Counted from the whole stretch's first letter, positions 41,310 through 55,600 are shown. The stretch: DNA of 63,848 nt, filler included, from Reclinomonas americana ATCC 50394 (GCA_048213135.1; 5 parts of 3 records of this genome joined end to end with filler, not necessarily neighbours in it); one strand, 5' to 3'. Notes: a model not told the origin generated them from the letters alone. A program made the numbers and translations.

Positions 41310-43251
41310 ATGAGCAGTTCGGGGTATCACAAGTTGCACATGGAGCCGCGTCCAATGGCGCAGAACTTGGTGAGTGAGAGAAAGAGAGACACACAGACAG
41401 AGATAGAGACATAGAACAACCTCCTTTACTCACACACACACACAGAGCGCGCACACACACACAACACACACAAGAAAAAACATGACAGAATAACTGCATC
41501 TTTTTTGTGTCAGTCGTATCTTTTCACTGGTCACTGCTCTCTCACTCTGTCACACGCACGCACACACACTGTTCTCTCTCTTCTCTCTCACACACACTGC
41601 CTCCCTCACTCTCTCTCTCTGTCATCTTTCTCTGATCTCTCTATCGCTCACTCTCTCTCTCTCTATCATACACAGTCACTCACAACCTCACTCACTCGCA
41701 TTTTCTCACTCAAGTCTCTCTCCCAGTCTCTCTCCTTTCTCTGATCTCTCACTCACCCACTCGCTCCCTCTATTGCACACTCACCCGCCTTTCTTCTTTA
41801 TATCTTCTCTCTCTCTCTCCCCTCTCCTCCCTATCTCACACTCCCCTTCTCCCTCACCTCTCTCTTTTCCATCTCTCTCTCTCTCCACAGGATCACTTCT
41901 ACGACCTTGCTGCGCGTCACGTGCCGGCGACTGGCGGCTTCCTGAAGGTGATTCGCATGCCGGAGCTGATCTACAAGACGTCGTTCCCGCTGATCAAGGA
42001 CGACGGCGGCATGGAAGTGATTGAGGCGTTCCGCGTCATCCACTCGGACATTTCGCGACCGACCAAGGGCGGACTTGTGATTGACGAGTCGGTGACGCAG
42101 GATGAGATGGAGACTCTGGCCGCCGTCAATAGCTTCCGAGTTGAGTGGTGAAGGGGGGAAGGGAGGGGGAGAGAGGGGGGGTGAGAGATGTGTTTGTGTG
42201 CGTGTGTGTGTATGCGTGCGTGTTTCACTCTCTTGCTGCCTTAGATCCTTGCGCTGTCGTGCGTGGGAGGTATCACGCATCTCGTTTGTGTGGATCTCTC
42301 TCGTTTGCACGCACAGAGAAAATAGAGTCACGTGCGCAGAGAGAGAGAGAAAAAGTGAGTCAGTCGGAAATAGAGACGAGAGTTCAGCAAGGCAGGCGCA
42401 AGACCGCCAGCAGAGATGCACGTGCAGATCGAGTTGATTCATCTCTTGTGCCTTGTCAGACACACGCACTAAGAGAACGAGAGAGTCAGCAAGAGTTCAG
42501 CAAGCAGATGCGAAGTCGCACGCGAAGATGCACATACGAAGGAGTCTGTCCAGCTCGCGTGTCGTCACACACGTTCACGCAAAGAGATGCGCATCGTGTT
42601 TTGAGTGAGCTGCGCGCAGACATCCACCTTTCAATGTGCATCGTAATCTCTTTCCTCTCTCAAGTTTGTGTGTTTGCTTTCGGAGTCCGAACTCTCTTGC
42701 ATACAGTCTCTGTCTTTGTTCTTGTATCCTCGATCCCTCTTCCCCCCTCCTCTCTCTCTCTCGCTTCTCTTCCAGTTCTTTCGTTCTTTGATTTCTCAGT
42801 CACCCCTCTTCTCCTTCTTCCTCCCCCCTCCCTCTCTCTCTTGCTTCTCTTTCATTTCTTTCATTCTTTTTTGTTCTCAGTCACCCCCCTTCCCCTACTT
42901 CCCCCTCTGATGCTCACTGTTTTCCTTCGCACAGTTTGCTCTGGCCGACATCCCGTGGGGTGGTGCCAAGGGCGGCATCAAGATCAACAAGGCGAAGTTT
43001 TCGAGTGCGTTGCTTTTCGTGCCTGCATGAGCTGTGTTTCCCATCTTGTCACTCACTCACTCACCCGGCGTGCGCACAGGCCGTCAGATTCACCGCGTTT
43101 GCCGCTTGTACGCCCAAGATTTGATTAATCACTCATACCTGGGCCCGTCTGTTGGTTTGGTGAGTGTGTGTTTGCCGCCAACAGTGTTGCGCAGTTCGTG
43201 TGGAGCTGACTGATGGTGTGCAGATTTCCCCTGATTACGGCTGCGATCAAC
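41310..43251 (+). CDS. Divergent Glu/Leu/Phe/Val dehydrogenase (glutamate dehydrogenase-like), 3' end lost at gap
   Basis: FPLIKDDGGMEVIEAFRVIHS..RPTKGG...VTQDEMETLA...ADIPWGGAKGGIKIN...YLGPSVGLISPDYG. Confidence 0.85.
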
Positions 43252-43326
43252 GTGAGTCTGTCGTCCTACATGTGTTTTTCTCNNNNNNNNNNNNNNNNNN
43301 NNNNNNNNNNNNNNNNNNNNNNNNNN

Positions 43327-43338
43327 TTAATTAATTAA
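43327..43338. other. Artificial scaffold linker TTAATTAATTAA
   Basis: All-frame stop linker flanked by Ns. Confidence 0.95.
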
Positions 43339-43642
43339 NNNNNNNNNNNNNNNNNNNNNNNNNNNNNNNNNNNNNNNNNNNNCGTGCGCGCTGGCAGTCT
43401 GTCGACGACGGGCCACTCGACCAACTACGTGCTGCCGCTGGCGTTGCCGTCAAAGAGGCCGTCGGATTACTGGATTTTGCGTGGCGCCGCGCTGCTGTGC
43501 CAGCTGAATGACTAGTGTGTGTGTTGTCAAAATATTTTTGTGTGTGGCTTTATCCGTGTGTTGTTGTTGTTGTTGTTTAACGTGAGAAAAATTGTAGTGT
43601 GCTTACATTAGAGATGATGATGGCGTTGATGTACAATGTGTT

Positions 43643-44921
43643 TTACTCGAGGTCGGCATCGCTCCAGCGCGCACTGCTGAGGTTGATGCCTTGTCGCGGT
43701 GGTAGGAAGGAGCAAACGTGCTGGCACACATCCGCAGGCACCGCCTCCTGCAGCGCGACGGCCAGCACGCTACCTTGACTGGCGATCCACAGCTGCGGAC
43801 AGAATGTCGGCAGGCGCAACACGTCGAGAGCGTACGCCAACACCGTCTGCACCGCCAGTGCCAACCATTCGGTACTGACTGCGTAGCCTTCGTCGTCGTC
43901 GTCATCGTCGTCGTCTCCCACTTCCTCCTCCGCCTCGCAGCCTCCACCAGAGGCTGCCACTGCGACGTCGATTTGGTCGGCCAACTGATTCCACACCTCT
44001 TGCGGCGACGCGCCCAGTGAGCACAACAAGGCGCGCAACTCGCCGCTTGTGCACCGCTGATCGACAAATGGCAACGCCAGCTCCAGCAGCTCCTTCACCA
44101 GTCGCACGGGCACGGTGGCGGCAAGCGACTGCCGCAGCGACCGACACTGTGCGCGGTGGTACACGCTCGCCACCTCGTGCAACACCGGCAGCGCCGCTTG
44201 GATTTCTGCGTTGAGGGGAGGGTTTAGCTGCAGGCGATCACACTGCGTCGAGCGGTGATTAATACAACTCACCAAGGGGCGTGTGACGCAGGAGGCGGTG
44301 ACCGCGATGCAGGAGTTTGGCGAGTCGAGTGGCGTCGAGCACGTCGAGCAGCGAAAACAGGTGCTCCATGGCCAGCCCGACCTCCATCAGCACCTCCGAG
44401 TCGGCGTGCGCCAGCGGTTCTGTGTCGAGTACCGACACGCCGCTGAGGATGAACGGCTCGACCAGCGAAAAGTCGCTCTCGCGACTCATGTACCGATGCA
44501 GGTCCTCGTTGGAGGCGACAGCGCCGTATCGCAACAGCAGTCGCGCGGTGCTGTCGTTTTTCACGTCCGCTGCACACGACAGCGGCGTCCACGCACGCCA
44601 CGGCCATCCACGAGAGTGTGGCGACGCGCCAGCCTCCAGCAGCACTCGCACACACTCGTCGTGTCCGCCCATGGCCGCCAGTGCCAGCGCCGATTGCCGA
44701 TTGTTGCCGAGCTCGTCCACGCTCGTCGGATCGAGGCGCACGTACAAGCGAATCACGTTGGCGTGGCCACTGAGGCACGCCAAGTGGAGTGGAAGCAGTC
44801 CGGCAGCTGTGTGCACGCGACGACAATGCGGACAAGTGAGTGATGGAGGAGTGTCGCTGCATGCACACAAGGACAACACACACCATCGCGCACAGTGGTG
44901 TCTGCGCCCTTGCTGAGCAGC
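43643..44921 (-). CDS. Ankyrin-repeat protein (5' end in gap)
   Basis: LLSKGADTTVRD, GLLPLHLACLSGHANVIRL, QSALALAAMGGHDECVRVLLEAGA, TPLSCAA. Confidence 0.85.
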
Positions 44922-45241
44922 NNNNNNNNNNNNNNNNNNNNNNNNNNNNNNNNNNNNNNNNNNNNNNNNNNNNNNNNNNNNNNNNNNNNNNNNNNNNNNN
45001 NNNNNNNNNNNNNNNNNNNNNNNNNNNNNNNNNNNNNNNNNNNNNNNNNNNNNNNNNNNNNNNNNNNNNNNNNNNNNNNNNNNNNNNNNNNNNNNNNNNN
45101 NNNNNNNNNNNNNNNNNNNNNNNNNNNNNNNNNNNNNNNNNNNNNNNNNNNNNNNNNNNNNNNNNNNNNNNNNNNNNNNNNNNNNNNNNNNNNNNNNNNN
45201 NNNNNNNNNNNNNNNNNNNNNNNNNNNNNNNNNNNNNNNNN

Positions 45242-48200
45242 CACGCGATGTGAAGTAGTTGCGCAGAATGGCCATGATGCAGCGGCGATCCCACGTGTCC
45301 GTCACACGACCACCATAGTTGATTTCGCCGAGCACGTACAGCAGCGAGTCCCACGGAATCTTGGTCTGCTCGTCGAGCAACATGCGCAGCCATTGCTGCG
45401 ACACGTCGAGATCCGAGTCGTTGAACTCGTACTTGACGTTCCAGCCGAGCGGTCCAAACTTCTTGCGGTCCTGAATAATGGCGTGGAAGAACGACAGACC
45501 AAAGAGCAGCTTGAGGAACGCGTGGCGCTTGGACGAGCCGTCCGCAAACGTCTCGCCCTCCGAGAAGCTGCCAAAGAACTCGGCCGACAAGCCATTGTAC
45601 GAGCGCGCCAAGTTGGCTGGTGGTTGGCACAAGATATGAGCAACGGAGAACACAGATAATGAAGCTCTCCCCCTCCCCTCTCCAAAACGTACCCTTCAGG
45701 CCCTTTGGTGGCTCCACAGTCAGCTTCACACCATTCTGCAGAATCGGAATGGGGAACTCATTCGAGGGCATGGAGGTCAGCCAGAGACGGAAGTCCACGT
45801 TGACGCGCACGGAGCCGGAGGCCTTGGCGGCTGCCAACTCGGCAATCTTCTTCTCCACTTCAGGCAAGAAGGAGACGGCCTGCGCGTATGCGTTACACAC
45901 ACATGTGAGCAACTCACATTTCATAACATGACACGCAGGAGAGAGAAACACAAGACGCACCACATGGCAGTTCTGCAACAACACCCACTCGCCATCCTGC
46001 TTCGCTTCCTCAATGTTGCGCTTCGCAATCTCCTCCTGACCCTGTCCGAGGGACACGATACGCAGCGTCTTGTTGCGCTCCGCGGCGAAGCGCATGACAA
46101 TGCTGGTCGGATCGGCGCCGGTCGACAGAATAAAGATGCACGGCGTCGAAATGTCCATGCTCTCGTGCGTCTGTGCAAGGTCGAACGGCGGCGACTTGAT
46201 AAAGTGCTCGCCAAACGACGTCTCCACAAAGTTCAACACCGAGAAGTACAGCTGCGTCGACACACAGTCGTGAGATTCGCGGGCGACAACAAGCAACACA
46301 CAAGGCAGTCGAGAAGCACGCACCTTCTCCTCGCGCCATGCGCGCACCAGCAACAATCGCTGGAAACCCGACAGCTGCGTATTCCAGTTCACGCCACCCA
46401 CAGCCGGCGTCGGCTTGGTGTGGATGCGATCGTCGGCAGAGTACTCCAACCACGCGTCGATATTGGCAGCGACGTTTGCCGTGATGCCTTGGAATTGCTG
46501 CAAGGACGTGTGAGATCACCGCCCACACATATACACACGATATCTCTTTCTGCTCGCGCCACCACACACCGGAATGTTCTGCTCCGCTGCGAGCAGCAGC
46601 TCCCACGTGCGCTCTCGAATGGCTTGCGGTGCCGGATTCGGCACCATCTTGGTGCGATCCACCATGGCCTGACCGCGCAGGAAGAGCGCCCAGTCGGCTG
46701 GCGAAATGGCCAGCGATTGACGCAGCACCGATGTGCACATCAAGAACGAGAAGATGGGCTTGTGGCGCTCAAAGAGACCACGGCACACCGACGTGTACAC
46801 CGTCTCCGTGATGTTCGTAATGTACATGCGACTCTTGATGTGAATGTCGTCGGGGGCGTCGGTGCGGCGCATGGTGTTGAGGAAGAGGGCCTTGAAGAAC
46901 TCCAGCGAGTACTGGTACATCGGATCGATGCTGGCCAAGTCGGCCACCACAAAGTACAGAATCGAGCCACGAATGGCGATTGGTCTGAACTCTTCACGAG
47001 CCTCGTCTGCAAGCAACACCAGAAATACAAGAATGAGTATCACCCACGCTGTTGCACCACGAGCACGTCGTCACGCAACTGATCTTCGCCTCGGTCTTCT
47101 CGGCCTCGGCGACACGCTCAGTGATGAGCTCCGAAGTGACCTTGGACTCCTCCAGCGTCTTGATGAGCTTCTCATTGTCGAGAATCTCACCCTCCTCGTT
47201 GGAGAGCATGTGCAGAATGTCGTTTTCGATCTCCACCAACTGCTTCTTGTCGGCAGCCACCTTCAACACCAACTTGTTCTTCATGTCCTCCAGCTCCGGA
47301 CGCTCCTCTTGCACCACATCGGCCAAAAGCTGGTCCTCCAAACCTGCGCATCCCGGATGTGAGTTGTTCACGCCATTTCACGCACCGCGCGCCCGCCTCA
47401 CACAAACCATTGGTGGTGACTGTAAAGTTGATCACCGTGACCTTGATGCACACCTCGGGCAGGTAGTGCGGGTTGGCCATCTTGGTCGTCATGTAGAAGC
47501 GGAAGTTCTTGTCATAGTCCACATCCTTGCCGTCGAAGAAGAGCACCTTGCGGCCGCCCTTCAGCTTGATCACCTGCTTCAACAGCAGGGTCTCCAGCGC
47601 CGGGTCGAGGAACTCGCCCATGTCTTCGCACAGCACGGGCTGACCAATGAGAATGGCGTTCTTGATCACCTGCAGGTAGTTGTCACCACCCATCTTGATG
47701 ATCTTCAGGCCGTTCTTGGCTTCCATGGCACGAATCCACTTGTTGGCCTGCAAAAAACAAACTCAGTGGACGTCACCCAACAAATAAAGCAGACCGGCGT
47801 CACACACACACACACACCTGGCCTTGCGGGTCAATCATGAGTGGCCAGCGACGCGAGCGAGTGGTGAGCACGGCGTTGTTGATGGACAGCGGGTCATTCG
47901 GGAGACCCCAGATCTGCCAGTCGCGTACTTCGACCTGATCCGAGAGAACCTTGGCCAGATCGAACTTGGGCGACACAGTGATGCCCTGCTCGCGGCACTT
48001 GTTGCGCCACATCTCCGCCAGCTCCTGTCGGTAGGAGCCAGTAAAGGCACCGTAGTAGGCCACACAGGCGGCAGCCACAAAGATATCGCCCGGCAGATCC
48101 TTGATCTGGTTCTCGTACTCGACCACCGTCTCCTGCCAGCGCACCTTGGCGCCGGCCAGCGAGTTCGTCAGCTTGCCGGCACGCTCCAAGCGCGCCTCGC

Positions 48201-51200
48201 TGAGGATGATTTGCGCCTCCAGATCCTGCTGCTCCTTGGTGGTGCGCTCCAGCAGCGACTCCAGCGCATTCAGCTTGTTCTGAATCTCGCGCAGTTCGGA
48301 CTGCTTCACGGCCAGCACCGCTTGCATCTCCGACACCTGCTGCTGGGCGGCCATCAGGCGTTGACGCTTCGGCTCCACCTCCTTGCTGACGTGCGCATAC
48401 GTGTTGAGCGCGCGCACCCAGATGCACAGCGTCTTGGCGGCCTCCGACACGCCGCCGACAATCTCCGGCTTGAAGTTCTCGTCGTTGATGTAGACCTGGA
48501 GGCGGCGCAGCGTGCTGTCGGTGATGTCGTCCTTCGGGAAGTTCTTGCAGTTGGTGAGGAACTGCGCGTTCGTCAGGTACTTCTTGCACGCCATTTCCCA
48601 GTCGGGCTTGTTCTCGCCAAAGAGAATCAGCACAGCATCCATGACCAGCTTCACGAGCGGCGGCGGTGAGGCGTAGCCCTTCACCTCGGCCACGGCGCCC
48701 TTGTTGAGCGCGTTCAGCGCCTTGTTGGCGGCCTCCAGAGCCGGCAGCGCCTCGGCCAAATCGGCCTCGGCCGACGTCTTGATGGCTTCGGCCTCACGCG
48801 TCTTCTCATTGACCACGGCCTCATCGGCGGCGACGGCCTGCTGCGTCTTGGCAGCGTCGGCACGCTCCACATCGACGCGCGCCAGCAGCTCCTTGGTTTC
48901 CACCGACTTGACCTTCAGCACCGGCTGCAGCTTCTTCAGGTTCTCCTCCATGACCGTGATCTTGGACTCGGCGTCGGCCAAAATGTCGAGACCCTTGCGC
49001 AGGCGGTCGCGCGCTTTGCGCAGTTCGCCCGTCTTGGCCTTCAACAGCTTGCCGTAGGTGTTGATGAACTCCAGGTAGCTCGTCGGCGTCACGTAAAAGT
49101 GGCGGCGCAACTCGGCATAGAAACGATCGGCCATGCGTGCCACCGACTCGTGCACCACCACGCACAGCGCCGAGTACTTGGGCACCAGCTCCACATCCAC
49201 CACCTCCTTGGTGGTGAGATGCTGTTGCGCCACGGCCAGCAGCGCATCGGCCGGCCACTCGTCGAACCAATCAATGGTGCAGCAGTTGACCAACGACGGG
49301 AACATGCGCACACTGAGACGAGAAGAGGATGAGAAGATCGCAAAAAAAGCAGCAAGACACACACACACACAATGCGGACGAACCGTGTGCGGAACGAGTC
49401 GCCGACAGGACTCATGCAGAGCACCATGTGCAAGTTCTCACGCACACGGTGAATGAAGAACGAGTACACAGCGTCACGTGTCTCCGGCAGTCCGGCCTTG
49501 CGGCACGCCTCACGAGTGTCCGCAATGCACTTTTCCTTCTCGTCGGGGTCGAACAGATTCGGCACCTCACCCTGAGCACGCACAACGATGAGTACCACGA
49601 TGAAGAGACGGGCCGCAATGAGACAAAAAACGCACCGAGTTGAGAATGTTGTTGAGATCCTCGACAAACGCCTCGTTGGTGATCTGCGAGTCGCTAAAGA
49701 TGAAGACCAGCGGGTTGCCCTCGACGCCGACCTTGATGTACATCTGCTTGAGGTCTTCGCGGAAGTCCTTCAGCTGGTAATCGCGCTTCATGCTGATCTG
49801 GTACGTGTTGTAGCCGCACATGAAAGCGGCCAGCTTGGTCAGACTGCGCTTGCCACTACCACCGACGCCGACCAGCAGGGCATTGCCACGCGGCTGGCGC
49901 ACAATGCGCGCAATGCGACACACGTGCTGTACGGCTGCAACACACAACAATATACATGGCGTCAAAAACACAATGTGCGGCCCGCGCCAGACACCTGTAC
50001 ATGATGAGCACGCACCTTGTGAGAAGAAGACCAGCTTCATCTTCTGGTTCTTGGCGATGCAAAAGTCCTCGAGGTAGTCGTCCAGCAGACGCGGCAACAC
50101 CGCCGGATCCGTCACCTCCTCGTAGTAGCGATCGGCAATGTCGGCCTCTGGGTGCAAAAAGTCGACAAACAGCACCGGGCGGTCGCCGAAAATGTCCTCC
50201 TCCTGCCAGCTCAGGTTGAGTTGGCGACGAGCCAACTCCAACACCATGTCGCAGAAGGTGCGTCGGTCGCTGTCGGAGATGAGGCGGTCGTAGAAGCTGC
50301 GCATGCTCTCGTGCACCCACAGCCGGCCGAATGTTTCGAGGTTGCTGACGAAACGCGGGTTGACTTGCATCATGCCCTGGAAGATCTTGGCCAGATCACG
50401 CAGGTTGAAGGTGTAGTGGCTCTTGCTCGGCGTCGGCAGCAACTCGCGGCGGATGGTGAGGAAGAGTTCCACACTGGCGCGCACCACGTTGCTCGCCTTC
50501 TCGCGAATGTCAATGACGAACGGCTTGAGGAAACCGGCGAGGATCGAGGTGAAGATGCGCTGCATCGACTCGGCCGACAGCTCCGGCACGCACAGCGCAT
50601 GGAAGAAGCGCAGCAGGCGAGGAGTGGTCTCATTGCGGCCACCACCCGGCGGACCGCAGGCCGCCGTCACCGTCACGTCCTCCACACCCTTCCACGACAG
50701 ATCGGTGCGATCGTAGAAGCCGCCCATGCCAAGCAGCTGGCGAACGAGTTCCACAGGCGGCTGCGCACCGAATGTCTCCTTTTGCGGCATGTTCAGATCG
50801 TCGATAAAGACCACCATGCGCTTGCCAGGCGGCGGACCAATCATGCCCTGTGGAGGCGAATGAATGGTCAGTAAAGAGGTGCAAGGTAAAGAAAGGCTCG
50901 ATTAGATTATTTCTCACCTTTGGTCTCTTGTCGAGCTTGGACTCGATCATTTCCTGCGTGCGACCGGAGCTGGTCTGTGCCGAGAACTGCACCGTGGTGT
51001 ACACAATGCCGAGGTCCTCGGCGCGGCGCTGGAACATGTCGACAATCATCACCGACTTGCCGACGCCAGTGTTGCCGTTGACCAGCACCGGCTTGTTGAG
51101 GCGCAGCAGCGACTCGACAATAAATGTGGTGCGGACCGTGTCGACCGTGGGCACCAGAATCTGGAAGAACGACTGCTCCGGTCGGAAGGTGAACGCCGGC

Positions 51201-52064
51201 ACCAGCTTCTCCCACTTGACGAATGTGCGCTCGGCAAAGTCAATCGTAAAGTCGTACACGGTGCCGCCAACCGGCAGGCCAATCGACTCGAACTGCTTTT
51301 GCGCGAATCCGTCGAAAAGCTCTTGCGAGTTGGTGTTGACGTTGCCGCCGAGAGACCACACGTAGCAGAAGACGAACATCATGTTGATCATCTTGACCGC
51401 CTGGCGATTGACTTCGGTGTTCTCGGCCGAGTACTCGATGCGCAGCTTGGAGTCGCTGAGGAAGAGCGCAACCATCAGGTCGCACAGGCTCTGCACCAGG
51501 TTCTGGTACGGCATCACCACGTCTTGCTTGCACTGCACGGAGAGAGCGAAGAGAATGTGAGTTACGGGGCAGGAAAACAGAGGTGCATGGGAAAAAAACG
51601 CAACCTCCTTCTCCACAAAGCGAATGCCCGCCTCGACGTGATCCTCAAACAGCTGATTCAGATGCTGAATATGCTCCGCCGCAATGTGCTGGCGCGCGGC
51701 CGTGGCCAGCCACGTCTGCACCACTGGTCGCCAGCCGAGATCGTTGGGGTCAATGTACACCATACCGCATCGACTGACGGTGGCCGGCGAGGCGACGGCC
51801 AAGTCTTGCACCTCGAACAGCAGACGAATGGTGTTGTTGAGCTTGATGCGCTCGGCATTGTCGAGGCACAGCAGCTTGGAGTCATCCAGCACGCTGTTCA
51901 TACTCTCGATCCACAACGTATCGACGGGGCCGTCAAACACAATCCACTTGATGTCGTTGGTGATGTCCTTGACGCACGTACGCGCAATCTTCGGCACAAT
52001 GCCGTCGAACCACTCTTGCGTCAGCAGATTGTAGGCACCGTACAGCTCGCCATATGTGATACTC
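45242..52064 (-). CDS. Axonemal inner-arm dynein heavy chain, DNAH6-like (AAA2-AAA6 fragment)
   Basis: [92 protein letters not shown], stalk/[45 protein letters not shown]. Confidence 0.95.
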
Positions 52065-52183
52065 TGGAGGGAGGAGAGCACACACACATGAGATTCACAC
52101 CAGAAGAAGCAGGTGCGGCAGTCGGCGCGCGAGCGGTATNNNNNNNNNNNNNNNNNNNNNNNNNNNNNNNNNNNNNNNNNNNN

Positions 52184-52195
52184 TTAATTAATTAA
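52184..52195. other. Artificial scaffold linker TTAATTAATTAA
   Basis: All-frame stop linker flanked by Ns. Confidence 0.95.
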
Positions 52196-52239
52196 NNNNN
52201 NNNNNNNNNNNNNNNNNNNNNNNNNNNNNNNNNNNNNNN

Positions 52240-52300
<61 letters not shown>

Positions 52301-52683
52301 GTTCTTGACTCGAGGCTCGTTTTCTTAGTTCAGTACGCCGCGTTCTCTTGCCTGCTTCCTCCCTTCTTTGTGCCTCCCTCTCACATCCCCCATCCTCTGG
52401 TCTGCCTGTCCCCTTGAGCCTCTTCTCTCACTCGCTCTTGTTCTTGACTCGAGGCTCGTTCTCTTCGTTCGCTGCACAATCGTTCCTCCCGCTGTCGGTG
52501 TGCTCGTCTGCCTTCTTCCGGGTCTTGCTGCCCGTTCCCTTGTGCCTCCTCTCTCTCACCTCCCTTGTCTGTGCGCTCTCTTGTTCTTACCTGCCCTCGT
52601 TTCGAGGCTCGTTCCCTTCTTCGCCTTGCTCTCACTCGCCCTCCCCTGTTCTTCGCCTCTCTCTCTTTGTCCCCTGCTCCCAG

Positions 52684-55600
52684 AATCCAGCAGCTGCCGC
52701 GAAGTGCGCTTCCGTGGCGACATTCCACCTCCTCGCAACTCGTCGGCCGCCGTGATGCTGGGCGACTCCTCACGGCGCATCTTCTTCTTTGGTGGCGAGC
52801 TGCACTCGCACGTGTGCGGACAAGACTGCTACACACTCGATACGTGTTGCGTGCTCCCCCTTGTCCTTCTTCCGCCTCTCCTCGGACTCACTCCGCACTG
52901 CCCTGCAGCCATGGACCCCATGATGTGGACGCGGCTGGAGTTCTCGGGCGAGTTGCCGTCGCCGCGGTATGGTCACACGGCGGTGCTGGTGGATCCGCTG
53001 CGGGTGTTGGTGTGGGGTGGATGGGATACGCAGCGGAGATTTGCCGACGGCTACCTCTTTGATGTGGCGCGCCTGCGATGTCGCAAGGTGATGTTTGTCG
53101 GCGAGCTGCCACCGGAGCGGGCGTACCATGTGGCGGTGATGTATGAGCCGCACCGAGTGCTGGTGTGGGGCGGATCGGAGGCCAATGAGTGGAGCAGCGT
53201 CGGGTACACGCTCGACACTGGTGTGTGTCGGCGTCCCTTTCCCCCTTTCCCTCCTTCCTGCACTCACCTCGGCAACAGAGCGCTGGAAGTGGAGCACCAT
53301 GGACTTTTACGGTGACGTGCCTCCGCCACTGGCCATGTCGGCCGCCGTGCTCATCGGACCCGGCACGGTGCTGCTGTGGGGCGGTGCTGATTTCGATCAG
53401 GGCCGCCACAATGAGGGCTGGGAGTTGGATCTCGGTACGCGCCTTTGATCGTCATTCGCGTGCTCGTATTGTCTCACGCGTTGGTGGCCGATGCAGAGTC
53501 GCTCACTTGGCGACGACAATCCGACGAGACGCGCGCACGTCCAACTGCGCGCGACGGTCATTCGCTCACGGTGCTGCGGCCGGGGCGTGCGGTGCTCTTT
53601 GGTGGTCACGACGGCGACTATTGCAACGATTTTCACGAGATTCATTGCGGTGTGCTGCTCTTCAGCGTCACCCTCGTTGCGCACACTCACTTGTTCCTCA
53701 CTGTGCCTGCACAGAGGTCGACTCGTCCAACATTTTGCCGACGGACATTCCACGACTGGAAAAGATACCGAGCACGGAACACAGCGGCGCGTGCATTGCG
53801 CTGCGGTGGAATCGCGACGCGTTGGATGCGCTGTCGGCTGCCGTGCGCATCGCTCATCGTGCTCCCGATGGTCGTGTGGAAGGTCTTGTGGCGTCACTTT
53901 TTTTCGCAAACCCTCGGTAAGCAAAGCGCTCATGTGTGCTGTGTGTGTTAGTCCTGCGCTCGTGTCGCATGTTCCGAGCCGGGTACGGCTCGTACCGCGG
54001 TTGTGTCATTTCCGACCTGGGTCCTGGCGAGCACTCGTTCCGCTTGGAGGCTCGCATTCTTGTGTCACTCATGGGCACACCAGGCTCGCTCTCATCGCAG
54101 CCTGGCGTCTCGGTGGCGCCCATGTTGCCGGCCGTTCCGCGCGAAGGCCTCCAGGTGGAGGACTGTGATTGGGTGGTGGGACCGTGGGCACAGTTTGTTG
54201 TCGAATTAGGTGCTGCGCAGTCGTCGTGTATCCGCCAACAATCCCTCCCCGTTTCCTCATTCTGCCTTCTTCTCTGCCTCCCTCGGCTCATCCTGCAGAC
54301 CCCATCCGTCCGCATGTCGAGAGCGTGGAGACGCACGCCGCGCTGCTGGTGTGGGACTCCGAGTCGCCGTTTCCGCCAGATAGTGCGCCACCCTACTTGC
54401 CGCAGGATCCCGAGCTTTCAAAAGTGGCACACGACGCCCTGGTGGAGGCGCGTTGATACTTCCACTTCTGCCACCCTGAATTGGTCGCTCACACTGGACG
54501 TCGGCGCAGTTTGTCACATTTATCATGGTCCCGCACCCCAAACACAGTGGCACCACGGTTCCCGTTCCGCTTCAGCGTGCACAATGTGTTGCCGGTGTCG
54601 GAGGTTTGCATGGGTGCGCTCTTGCCGGCTTGCGCTCTTGTCTCTGACCGAAGAGGAGAGTTTGCAGAGTTCCGCCTGGAGAATTTGGTGCCGGCGCAGA
54701 ACTATGTTACGCGAGTCACCGTGCAGGGCTCAACACACGCCGAGTATGTGCCGTTCACCACCAATGCGCTGGGTGCGTCGGTCACTTGTGTGTGCGTGTG
54801 TGTATCGCAATACCTCGTCTCACTCACAGTCTCGGACAGAGGACGGTCAGCTGCAGGAACTCAGCAACTCACTGCTCGCCGAGTTCACCTCGCGCTACGT
54901 AGACGTCAACCTCACCTCTGCGTTTCCTGGCTACGTTGGTGGGTGTCGACAAGTGTTGATCGAGCGCCACGTCTTTGTGCTCACTGGCACTCGGCAGTCT
55001 CGCCACTGGAGCGTGTGTCCACCGCTCGCGCCTCGCTTGCCACGACCACTGCCGCGCGGCAAGCCAACTTGTCGCCCGACCTGTCAGTGGTCCTCACCAA
55101 CACTCTCCAGTTCCTGGACTCAACCGGCGATGTTGTGGGCGCGGATCTCTTCGCCTCGACACAATCGTACGTCCATTGTTCCACTCGTGAATGCACTTGT
55201 GCCCGGTCGACCCCTGATTTTGTTGCGCGCAGCCTGACTCCTCTTACCGTGTCGGTATTGGAACATGCGGCTGAGCAAGCCCAGGAACTGGCGCGCACGG
55301 CGGAGGAGACGGCGATGAATGTGGCCGATGGCAATCTTCGATTGACACAGTTTCAGGGCGAGCTTGCCAAGTTGCGTCCATTTTTTGTTATTTTGCGTTC
55401 CGTAACTGCACGCTCGATCGCTCATCTGAGTGCGACTTTGCCGCCTACAGCGCCTCCAGCGAAGTGTCACCCGTTGCGTCCCTCATTTGAATGAGAACAA
55501 CGAGTGAGGGAAATTCGCTCACCTCGAAGAGTGCTGCAGGAATCCGACATTGTCGCTGCCGTCGCTGCATCCAATGCCCAGGTCGATCGCGCATCGACAG

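Noticed and set aside
52301-52462. Short direct repeat TTCTTGACTCGAGGCTCGTT; also the 15-bp tandem near 37739
   Set aside because: Only two copies in low-complexity sequence; no array or transposon structure
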